Source: Bacteroidales bacterium
GTDB lineage: Bacteria; Bacteroidota; Bacteroidia; Bacteroidales; VadinHA17
Reading direction: 5' to 3'
Length of the DNA stretch: 64,000 bases
Assembly: GCA_022865305.1 (NCBI GenBank)
Contig: JALHSP010000016.1
Span: 2,812 to 66,811 of the forward strand
This document shows positions 56,835 through 64,000 of this stretch, one piece after another. The translations under genes and the position numbers were made by a program. The number at the start of each line of letters is the position of its first letter. The first letter of the stretch is position 1. The notes below the pieces were generated by a model, which saw only the letters and a list, made by a program, of their open reading frames with translations, had not been told where the DNA came from and made no database searches.

Positions 56835-56878
56835 ATTTATTAACACCATCAATATAATATTTGCAAGTGTTAATAAAT
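56835..56878. promoter_or_regulatory. 12-bp inverted repeat in a divergent promoter
   Basis: ATTTATTAACAC-N20-GTGTTAATAAAT; TAATTTTG -7 box just before ATG 56896. Confidence 0.6.
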
Positions 56879-56895
56879 ATTTCTAATTTTGTGCC

Positions 56896-57540
56896 ATGAG
56901 ACCATTTATACGTACCATAGAAACCTTAGAATTAGATGGAGGAACTCTATGTCTGAATTTTGTAAATACTGTGAGAAACCGTTTCGAAAGTCCGTTGTAT
57001 GAATTCATAGTAACTCCTGGTGACTGGCTTTTGTGGAGTCATAGAACGCAAATTTGTGATGCGTCAACTGAACAACAGTTAAGTAAGTACATTTCTGAAA
57101 ATCATGATAAAACAATCAGGGAGCTTAAAAGAATAATCAGAGTAAGAGAATTACTTTATAGAATATTTCGCAACATAGTACAAAAGGAACCGCCTTTAAT
57201 TGAGGACATTCGATTTTTTAATAATGAACTCTCATTCTCATTCAGATTTCTGAACATTGAAATTAATGAAAAACTGGAAACAAGCTCCACCTGGAATTAT
57301 AAAGAAAACGATCTTCTATATACTTTGTTGCCAATAATGAAATCCGCCTATGAATTATTGACTTACGGTTTAAAAGATCACATTAAAGAGTGTTCAAACT
57401 GTGGATGGTTATATCTTGATAAAAGTAAGAGCAACAGCCGGGTTTGGTGCAACATGAAAACCTGCGGTAATACCATGAAGATTAAAAAGTATTATGAAAA
57501 GAACAAGATTCTTGTTAAAAAGGATAAAACATTGCCCTGA
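56896..57540 (+). CDS. ABATE / CGNR zinc-finger regulator
   Basis: LCLNFVNT, ECSNCGWLYLDKSKSNSRVWCNMKTCGN. Confidence 0.92.
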   Translation: MRPFIRTIETLELDGGTLCLNFVNTVRNRFESPLYEFIVTPGDWLLWSHRTQICDASTEQQLSKYISENHDKTIRELKRIIRVRELLYRIFRNIVQKEPPLIEDIRFFNNELSFSFRFLNIEINEKLETSSTWNYKENDLLYTLLPIMKSAYELLTYGLKDHIKECSNCGWLYLDKSKSNSRVWCNMKTCGNTMKIKKYYEKNKILVKKDKTLP

Positions 57541-57605
57541 TTTGATTCAATCAGAACTGTTTTTTCACTGATAGATAGAAATAAAAACATTAAAATATTC
57601 ATGCA

Positions 57606-58127
57606 ATGAAAAACTGGCTATATTTTGTTACTGCGCTTATATTATATATGCTGATACATGAAGGGCTTCATGCATATATTGCACTATTATTTAATGAGTA
57701 CGATGTAATTAAAATACATTGGTACGGACCTGAAGTTTTATTTGTCACCCCTGTAGCAGAAAGGACTTCGGAAAGAAAATGGTTTATTATCTCCGGTTTC
57801 AGCAATTTAGTCACGCTTTTAACCGGTTATCTGTTATTTATAATGAAAAGAAAAATTATCAATCTTAAGCTTCCTACACTTCGAAGCATTCTTTATTATG
57901 TGACAATAGTTTTTCTCTTATTTGACGCTGTGAACCTGTCAATCGGACCTTTCCTTTATGGAGGTGATGTCAACGGGATTTCGGCCGGACTTAAAATAAA
58001 ACCATGGATTATTCAAATACTCTTTGGATCCATTCTGCTGGTTAACCGGGAGTTAATAGTAAAATTTATGAATTGTTTTGGTATACGATCCAGCAATATA
58101 TTGTTTAAATCTTGGTACAGCAAATAG
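57606..58127 (+). CDS. Membrane protein with HExxH motif (possible zinc metalloprotease)
   Basis: LIHEGLH in TM1; GGD in a later loop; 4 TM. Confidence 0.6.
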   Translation: MKNWLYFVTALILYMLIHEGLHAYIALLFNEYDVIKIHWYGPEVLFVTPVAERTSERKWFIISGFSNLVTLLTGYLLFIMKRKIINLKLPTLRSILYYVTIVFLLFDAVNLSIGPFLYGGDVNGISAGLKIKPWIIQILFGSILLVNRELIVKFMNCFGIRSSNILFKSWYSK

Positions 58128-58161
58128 TAGTTTTCTGAAATGAATAAATATTGATATCAGT

Positions 58162-59076
58162 ATGAAAACTGGTGAAATTCTCAAATGCATATCATCAATG
58201 ATGGAAGAGGCCGGGTATGTTTCACGAATTGTTTCAGTCGAACATTTAAATGAGATTAAGGAAGAACTTAAGATGCAGCACAACAGTGGTTCTTTCTCTG
58301 AGGATTTCTATAACGAACGTCTCACTTCATTCAAATTCCGTACCCCGGCTTTTTTTAAAGAAGCAAAATCCATAATCATCATTGGAGTAGCCCAACCGAC
58401 TGTGGTTTTATCTTTCAGATGGAATGGAACTGACCACCAGGTAATTATTCCTCCGACATATGATTTTTCAGCAAATGGGGAAATGAAAAGACGTTTAAAA
58501 GAAATTCTTATCCCGGAAAGCTTCAATATTTTCACAACGACCATCCCTCTTAAACTCCTTGCAGTCAGAAGCGGTCTGGCTGAATATGGAAGGAATAACA
58601 TATGCTATATCCCCGGCAAAGGTAGTTTTTTCCGGCTTATGGCTTTTTTTTCAGATTTACCATGTTCGGGATATATCTGGAGACCTCCTGTTATGATGGA
58701 AAGATGTCTGAATTGCAAAGCATGCCTCGTTTCCTGTCCTTTGGGAGCTATTGATGAACACCGGTTTTTATTACATGCAGAACGTTGTCTTACATTTCAT
58801 AATGAACATGCTATTGATTTTCCCAAAAATATTGATCGTTCGTTTCATCACAGTTTGTTCGGCTGTCTCAGATGTCAGACTGTTTGCCCTGAAAATAAAA
58901 AGACATTTAAATGGTTTGAGGAAAGAGAACAGTTTTCTGAATATGAAACATCTGTTATTCTTAATGGTATATCACTGGAACAAATTCCAAATTCAACCAA
59001 AATGAAGCTGAGCAGACTGGGCCTGATAGATGATTATTCCCTGCTGGCACGGAATCTGAGTGTGTTATTGACTTGA
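58162..59076 (+). CDS. 4Fe-4S double-cluster protein (QueG / reductive-dehalogenase-related fold)
   Basis: KLLAVRSGLAEYGRNN, CLNCKACLVSCP, RCLT, GCLRCQTVCP. Confidence 0.8.
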   Translation: MKTGEILKCISSMMEEAGYVSRIVSVEHLNEIKEELKMQHNSGSFSEDFYNERLTSFKFRTPAFFKEAKSIIIIGVAQPTVVLSFRWNGTDHQVIIPPTYDFSANGEMKRRLKEILIPESFNIFTTTIPLKLLAVRSGLAEYGRNNICYIPGKGSFFRLMAFFSDLPCSGYIWRPPVMMERCLNCKACLVSCPLGAIDEHRFLLHAERCLTFHNEHAIDFPKNIDRSFHHSLFGCLRCQTVCPENKKTFKWFEEREQFSEYETSVILNGISLEQIPNSTKMKLSRLGLIDDYSLLARNLSVLLT

Positions 59077-59305
59077 TCATAATCCTAATCTGCTCAAACT
59101 CGTATAGAATGAAAATCTAATTGCTTGTTTTGTACCAATTGTCCAGGGAAGAAACAATATTCCAAAATTTTTGGAGTAACAAAGAGAGGCTTATGTAAGA
59201 ATTGGAATTATAATCGGGTTGACTTGCCCGAAGACCAGTGATTAAGAAGAAAACAGCTGACCAGATTGTGAGATTTGATTAAAATTATTTGTTGATTATT
59301 AAAAT

Positions 59306-59322
59306 AGTTGTATATTGCAACT
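59306..59322. promoter_or_regulatory. Putative MarR operator overlapping its promoter
   Basis: AGTTG-tatattg-CAACT palindrome containing the TATATTGC -7-like box. Confidence 0.55.
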
Positions 59323-59346
59323 GTTTTAACATACATTTTAAACTAT

Positions 59347-59802
59347 ATGATAAGTGCGGAAAAAGTAAGAGAATTTAGAGGATATCTAAGGCATTTTGAA
59401 AGAGAATTAGATATTCAAAACAGCCCAAATTGTTGTTGTGGGGTTACATTATCGCAATGTCATACACTATTGGAACTGGATAAAGGGGATAATATCACTT
59501 TAAAGGACTTGTCTGAAAAACTGGTTTTGGACAAAAGTACCTTATCGAGAATTATTGAGGGGCTGGTTAACCTTGGATTGGTAGACAGAGAAACACCTAA
59601 GAGTAATCGAAGGACTATAAAAATCAAACTAACCGGACAAGGTGCCTCTGTTTGCAAGAAAATTAACAGTGATAACGATACGTATTTTCGGGAAGTATTG
59701 AATTCATTACCAGAAGAAAATATGCAAATATTTCTTGATTCATTTGAAACAATTATTTCTAAAATGATAGTGAAAAATAATATCAAAAAATTAATAAAAT
59801 AA
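59347..59802 (+). CDS. MarR-family regulator with N-terminal CCC motif (start probably ATG 59347)
   Basis: NCCCGVTLSQCHTL, LDKSTLSRIIEGLV..GLVDR...RRTIKIKLT..G. Confidence 0.9.
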   Translation: MISAEKVREFRGYLRHFERELDIQNSPNCCCGVTLSQCHTLLELDKGDNITLKDLSEKLVLDKSTLSRIIEGLVNLGLVDRETPKSNRRTIKIKLTGQGASVCKKINSDNDTYFREVLNSLPEENMQIFLDSFETIISKMIVKNNIKKLIK

Positions 59803-59808
59803 TAAGAA

Positions 59809-60432
59809 ATGAGCAGTAAACAGTATTTTGAAAATATAGCTGAGGATTGGGATAAAATGCGTGAATCATTTTTCCCGAGAAGCATTAGAAATAAAGCAAT
59901 TTTATTAGCAGGGATTAATAAAGGTTCATTAGTTGCAGATATTGGTGCAGGTAGTGGCTTTATTTCGGAAGGTCTTATCGATAAGCAGGTAAGGATTGTC
60001 GCTGTTGACCAGTCCCAAAAAATGCTTGAAGTGATGAAACAAAAATTCAAAGATTATGCCAATTTTGAATGCAGATTAGGAGAATCCGAGAATCTTCCAT
60101 TTCAGGAGAATGAATTGGATTTTGTATTTGCCAATATGTATTTGCATCATGTGGATAATCCTCAGAAATCGATAAATGAGCTTATTAGGATACTTAAAGC
60201 AGGTGGCAAATTAATTATTACGGATTTGGACAAACATAGTCATGAGTTTTTGGTAAAGGAACAGCATGATAAATGGATGGGATTTGATAGGTCTGATATT
60301 CAAAACTGGTTCAAAGATTCTGGTTTTAAAAATATTCAAATAGATTGTATAGGTGATGATTGTTGTGCTGATTCGGAAACATACAATGAATCAGCACAAA
60401 TTAGTGTTTTTATTGCCATAGGTCAAAAATAA
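59809..60432 (+). CDS. Class I SAM-dependent methyltransferase with C-terminal CC
   Basis: VADIGAGSG motif I, AVDQS, MYLHH, RILKAGGKLIITD, GDDCC. Confidence 0.88.
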   Translation: MSSKQYFENIAEDWDKMRESFFPRSIRNKAILLAGINKGSLVADIGAGSGFISEGLIDKQVRIVAVDQSQKMLEVMKQKFKDYANFECRLGESENLPFQENELDFVFANMYLHHVDNPQKSINELIRILKAGGKLIITDLDKHSHEFLVKEQHDKWMGFDRSDIQNWFKDSGFKNIQIDCIGDDCCADSETYNESAQISVFIAIGQK

Positions 60433-60436
60433 AGAG

Positions 60437-60973
60437 ATGGTCAGAAAAGAAAAATTAAATACAATATTCAAGAATCTTGGTTTAATTGATTACAAGTGGA
60501 TTAATTCAAGCGATATAATCGTATCAACATGGGTTAGGGTAAAATGTACTTTTGGATGTAGTGATTATGGGTTGTCAGTTTGCCCCCCTAATGTTCCAAG
60601 CGTAAAGGAATGTCGAGATTTTTTTGGAGAATATTCAAGTGTTGTATTATTTCGGTTTAATTTCGTTGCTGATAAGGAGAATTATCCCGAGGATTATTCA
60701 AAAGAGATTACAAAGGGGTTACTGGATTTAGAACGAGAGGTATTTTTAGAAGGATTCCCGAAAGTTTTCGTACTTAATCAAACATGTTGCGGACTTTGTT
60801 CTGGATGTGTAAAAAATAGAATCGATTGCAAAAATCTATCAAAAAGCCGACCAAGTCCTGAAGCATTTGCTATTGATGTTTTTAGTACGATTAAAAAAGC
60901 AGGGTTTGAAATAAATGTCATTAAAACCACACATCAGGAAATTAACAGATATGCTGTGTTAATGATTGAATAA
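60437..60973 (+). CDS. DUF2284 predicted metal-binding protein
   Basis: VRVKCTFGC, CPP, CCGLCSGC...C, RPSPEAFAIDV. Confidence 0.85.
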   Translation: MVRKEKLNTIFKNLGLIDYKWINSSDIIVSTWVRVKCTFGCSDYGLSVCPPNVPSVKECRDFFGEYSSVVLFRFNFVADKENYPEDYSKEITKGLLDLEREVFLEGFPKVFVLNQTCCGLCSGCVKNRIDCKNLSKSRPSPEAFAIDVFSTIKKAGFEINVIKTTHQEINRYAVLMIE

Positions 60974-60995
60974 ATGAAATATGAAAAAATAACTG

Positions 60996-61200
60996 GGCAT
61001 ACCAACTCATACGCAATGCGGGTCTAGCTTCGCTGAGTTCCCGGTCGGTTCAGAGGATTTCGGCAGTTCAGTTCCCGCAGGCAAGGTTTGTCACGGGCGA
61101 TATCCCGATAGCTATCAGGACTGTCATGCAACGGTGAAGCCCTCATGGAGCGTAGCCGAGATAATCCCGCAATACACATAGCCGCGACCGTCAGCAGGCA
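60996..61200 (+). repeat. Long degenerate attC-like palindrome with internal CCCGATAGCTATCAGG insert
   Basis: Left ...CCAAC-tcatacgcaatGCGGG; right CCCGC-aatacacatagc...GTCAGCAGGC; nested gcttcgct/agcgtagc; the next ATG is 27 nt later. Confidence 0.45.
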
Positions 61201-61227
61201 TTTGTAAAAAATTATAAGCTATAAATT

Positions 61228-63096
61228 ATGAAATACTTATTCTTGTTTTTCCTTCTTATTAACACCAAAATATTTGCTGTTGTAAAAATCAATGAAGACT
61301 CTCTATATCTTGTTCAACATTATACTAAAGCCGAATATCAGATTCCGATGAGGGATGGCATTAAACTCTTTACCATTGTTTACACTCCTAAGGATGATAC
61401 TAAAAAATACCCGATTCTGTTCAACAGAACGCCCTATAATGTGGCACCCTACGGTACTGAAATGGGCTTTTCTTTTCGAAGAGGTTTGTTTCCTGCTTAT
61501 TTACGGGAGGGATACATTTTTGTTTTCCAGGATGTAAGAGGCAGATTCATGTCCGAGGGTGTCTTCCGGCACATACCTCCTTTTATCGATAATAAAAAGT
61601 CAAAAAAAGACGTGGATGAAGGTTCTGATGCTTATGATACTGTGGACTGGCTGATTAAGAATCTGAACAATCACAACGGGAGAGTGGGCATGTGGGGTAT
61701 TTCCTACTCCGGATATTACGCCACCTGTGCTGCCATAAATGCACACCCCGCATTGAAATGTATATCACCCCAGGCTCCCATAAGCGATTGGTTTTTCGAT
61801 GATATGCATCATCACGGAGCTTTCTTCCTTGCGGCTATGTTTGATTTTCTTTCAATAATGGATCTGCCAAGGCAACGATTAACCAATGATTGGGTTTTTG
61901 CTTATGACTTTAAAACACCAGATGGTTACGGCTTCTATTTACGTCTGGAACCTCTGCCCAATGCAAAAACCTGGTATTTTGGCGATAGCATTGCTTTTTG
62001 GAATGATCTGGTTAATCATCCGGATTATGACGATTTCTGGCAAAAACGAAACATACTACCACACTTGAGAAACATAAAACCCGCAGTGCTGGTTGTAGGT
62101 GGTTGGTATGATGCGGAGGATTTGTATGGCACTTTTAAAACATATCAAAGCACAGAAAATAATAACCCAAGAATTAACAACTCAATAGTCATAGGGCCAT
62201 GGATACATGGCGGGTGGGCTCGCACAGACGGTTCATTTTTGGGAAATGTTTCATTCAATATCAAAACATCGCTTTATTATCGCGATAGCATCGAATTACC
62301 ATTCTTTAATTATTATCTCAAAGATAAGGGGACACTGCGTCTTGCTGAAGCTACTATGTTTATGACCGGGAAAAACGAATGGAAAAAATTTGACCAATGG
62401 CCTCCGAAAAATTTAGAAACAAAAAAATTATATATGCATGCAAATGAAACATTATCTTTTGATCCTCCTCAAGCATCCGAATCTTCTTTTGATGAATTTG
62501 TAAGCGATCCACATAAACCTGTTCCTTACACGGAGGATATTGCCTTTAAAATGACAAAAGAATACATGACCGATGATCAGCGATTTGCTGCAAGACGGCC
62601 AGATGTGCTTGTTTATGAAACAGATATATTAACTGAAGATATAACTTTAGCGGGCCCTTCAGTGGCTCATCTTAAAGTATCAACAACCGGCAGTGATGCC
62701 GACTGGGTTGTAAAGCTTATTGATGTTTATCCCTCCGAAGCACCAAATAATCCCACAACCCGGAGTGGAATGGAAATGGGTGAATACCAGCAGATGGTTC
62801 GAAGCGAAGTGATCAGGGGCAGGTACAGGAATAGCTATGAAAATCCCGCCCCTTTTGAGCCTGGTAAAATCGAAAAAATTGACCTTGAATTATTGGATGT
62901 TCTTCATTGCTTTAAAAAAGGGCACAGAATAATGATCCAAATCCAAAGCACCTGGTTTCCCCTGGTAGACATTAATCCACAGAAATTTGTAAACAATATT
63001 TATGAAGCAAAGATTGTTGATTTTGTCAAGGCAAAGCATCGCGTTTTTCGTCAGAATGGAAACGAGACCTATATTGAAGTGGGTGTTTTAAGGTAA
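61228..63096 (+). CDS. CocE/NonD family serine hydrolase (glutaryl-7-ACA acylase-like)
   Basis: IPMRDGIKL, RTPY, QDVRGRFMSEG, WGISYSG, GGWYDAED, GPWIHG. Confidence 0.93.
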   Translation: MKYLFLFFLLINTKIFAVVKINEDSLYLVQHYTKAEYQIPMRDGIKLFTIVYTPKDDTKKYPILFNRTPYNVAPYGTEMGFSFRRGLFPAYLREGYIFVFQDVRGRFMSEGVFRHIPPFIDNKKSKKDVDEGSDAYDTVDWLIKNLNNHNGRVGMWGISYSGYYATCAAINAHPALKCISPQAPISDWFFDDMHHHGAFFLAAMFDFLSIMDLPRQRLTNDWVFAYDFKTPDGYGFYLRLEPLPNAKTWYFGDSIAFWNDLVNHPDYDDFWQKRNILPHLRNIKPAVLVVGGWYDAEDLYGTFKTYQSTENNNPRINNSIVIGPWIHGGWARTDGSFLGNVSFNIKTSLYYRDSIELPFFNYYLKDKGTLRLAEATMFMTGKNEWKKFDQWPPKNLETKKLYMHANETLSFDPPQASESSFDEFVSDPHKPVPYTEDIAFKMTKEYMTDDQRFAARRPDVLVYETDILTEDITLAGPSVAHLKVSTTGSDADWVVKLIDVYPSEAPNNPTTRSGMEMGEYQQMVRSEVIRGRYRNSYENPAPFEPGKIEKIDLELLDVLHCFKKGHRIMIQIQSTWFPLVDINPQKFVNNIYEAKIVDFVKAKHRVFRQNGNETYIEVGVLR

Positions 63097-63240
63097 AATT
63101 AGTGAACAACTCCCTAAATTTCCCAATACGGAAGCTGTTAAGTTATAATTTAAATTTTTGAAAGGTTCCACAATTTGAACCTAGCAGATACAGTCCGATT
63201 GAGATAATTACTCCACATGAGATTTTAACACCATCAGATT

Positions 63241-63471
63241 ATGAAAACAATGAATAAAAAAATGGAGAATAAAGAAAAGAAATCAGGTATTCAATCAAAT
63301 ATTGAGAAATACTATGTTAACGAAGGAGAGTTTATTATTATCCCTAAAGGAGTAAAACATAGACCAATCGCCGACATTGAAACTCATTTACTTCTTTTTG
63401 AGCCGGAAACTATCTTAAATACCGGAGATGTGAGAAATGAGTTAGCTCTTGAATCACCAAAAAGTATGTAA
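63241..63471 (+). pseudogene. Cupin C-terminal half attached to an unrelated N-terminus
   Basis: VNEGEFIIIPKGVKHRPIA...LLLFEP...NTG is cupin motif 2; motif 1 is absent. Confidence 0.55.
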
Positions 63472-63473
63472 AT

Positions 63474-63926
63474 ATGGATTATGATTTAATAAAAAATAGA
63501 CTTGCGCCATGTGGATTACATTGTGGAAAGTGTTTTGCATATACAGATGGAGCTATTAGAAAAAGTAGTATCCACCTTAAAAAAGCGCTTGGTAATTTTG
63601 ATGTTTATGCGCAAAGATTTGTAGATTTGATTGATGAGCCTGTTTTTAAAAAATATCCTGACTTTAAGGAACTCCTAACATATTTTACAATTGTCGAATG
63701 TAAAGGCTGTAGAAAAGAAAAATGTAAAATATTCAAAGATTGTAAAGTGAGAGATTGTCATGAAATGAGAGAAATCGACTTTTGTTTTCAATGTTCAGAT
63801 TTTCCATGTGATAATACAGGATTTGACCAACATCTTCATAAACGCTCGGTTGATATAAATTTGAGAATGAAGGAAATTGGAGTGGAAAAATATTATGATG
63901 AGATTAAAGATAAACCAAGATACTAA
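63474..63926 (+). CDS. DUF3795 Cys-rich protein
   Basis: APCGLHCGKC, CKGC, C..RDC, FCFQCSDFPC. Confidence 0.88.
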   Translation: MDYDLIKNRLAPCGLHCGKCFAYTDGAIRKSSIHLKKALGNFDVYAQRFVDLIDEPVFKKYPDFKELLTYFTIVECKGCRKEKCKIFKDCKVRDCHEMREIDFCFQCSDFPCDNTGFDQHLHKRSVDINLRMKEIGVEKYYDEIKDKPRY

Positions 63927-63939
63927 TAAAAATAGAGAT

Positions 63940-64000
63940 ATGAAAGAAAAAGTAAATGATGGGTTAACAACCGGATTAATTACTGTGGTTTTAAATGTTA
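63940..64000 (+). CDS. 5' end of a membrane protein running off the window
   Basis: MKEKVNDGLTTGLITVVLNV, open to the edge. Confidence 0.45.
   Translation, partial: MKEKVNDGLTTGLITVVLNV

Noticed and set aside
58162-59076. Calling this queG or a reductive dehalogenase
   Set aside because: Only the cobalamin/Fe-S C-terminal-type motifs are evident; there is no Tat signal or RdhB anchor, and the N-terminus is not recognisably QueG
59809-60432. Calling this arsM
   Set aside because: Shorter than ArsM and lacks its spaced conserved cysteine pattern
278-62068. Numerous 60-140-aa ORFs antisense to or nested in long genes
   Set aside because: They lie wholly within well-supported CDSs and have no motifs or start context; they are expected shadow ORFs
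1-64000. CRISPR array, DGR, retron, integrase or transposase
   Set aside because: No repeat-spacer array, no RT (YxDD) ORF, and no tyrosine/serine recombinase or DDE/HUH ORF recognised; the short tandem repeats have no spacers

Overview
This looks like chromosomal DNA from a Bacteroidota genome, probably an anaerobic Bacteroidales. Support: TAnnTTTG -7 promoter boxes, a T9SS-type C-terminal domain, TonB-dependent receptors, GH97 and MacB/FtsX-type permeases. The left ~27 kb is mostly intact: tRNA-Thr(CGT), an M48 peptidase, fabG, sucD, an AraC/OM-barrel/MMPL/LolA-like module, a Tat-signal dehydratase plus DUF362, mnmE, a PKD/T9SS protein, an anSME, and GH140-like, GH42 and GH97 hydrolases. 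The right ~37 kb is a generally AT-richer accessory region of small secreted, membrane and regulatory genes, palindromic elements and degenerate attC-like sites. Main observations: (1) an apparently intact amidohydrolase fused in frame to an Omp85/BamA-TamA-type barrel (51596-53836), just downstream of a Cys-rich DUF6144-like gene; (2) a MalT-like STAND regulator followed by a 66-aa ACT-like protein, with a three-half-site operator between them; (3) many genes collapsed by internal deletions, some at apparent microhomologies, which may be real decay or an assembly artefact; (4) a highly structured ~220-nt non-coding element at 36373-36590; (5) adjacent Rce1-like (CPBP) and Ste14/ICMT-like genes. 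No CRISPR array, integrase, transposase, reverse transcriptase or rRNA was seen. All family assignments come from motif recognition, not database searches.
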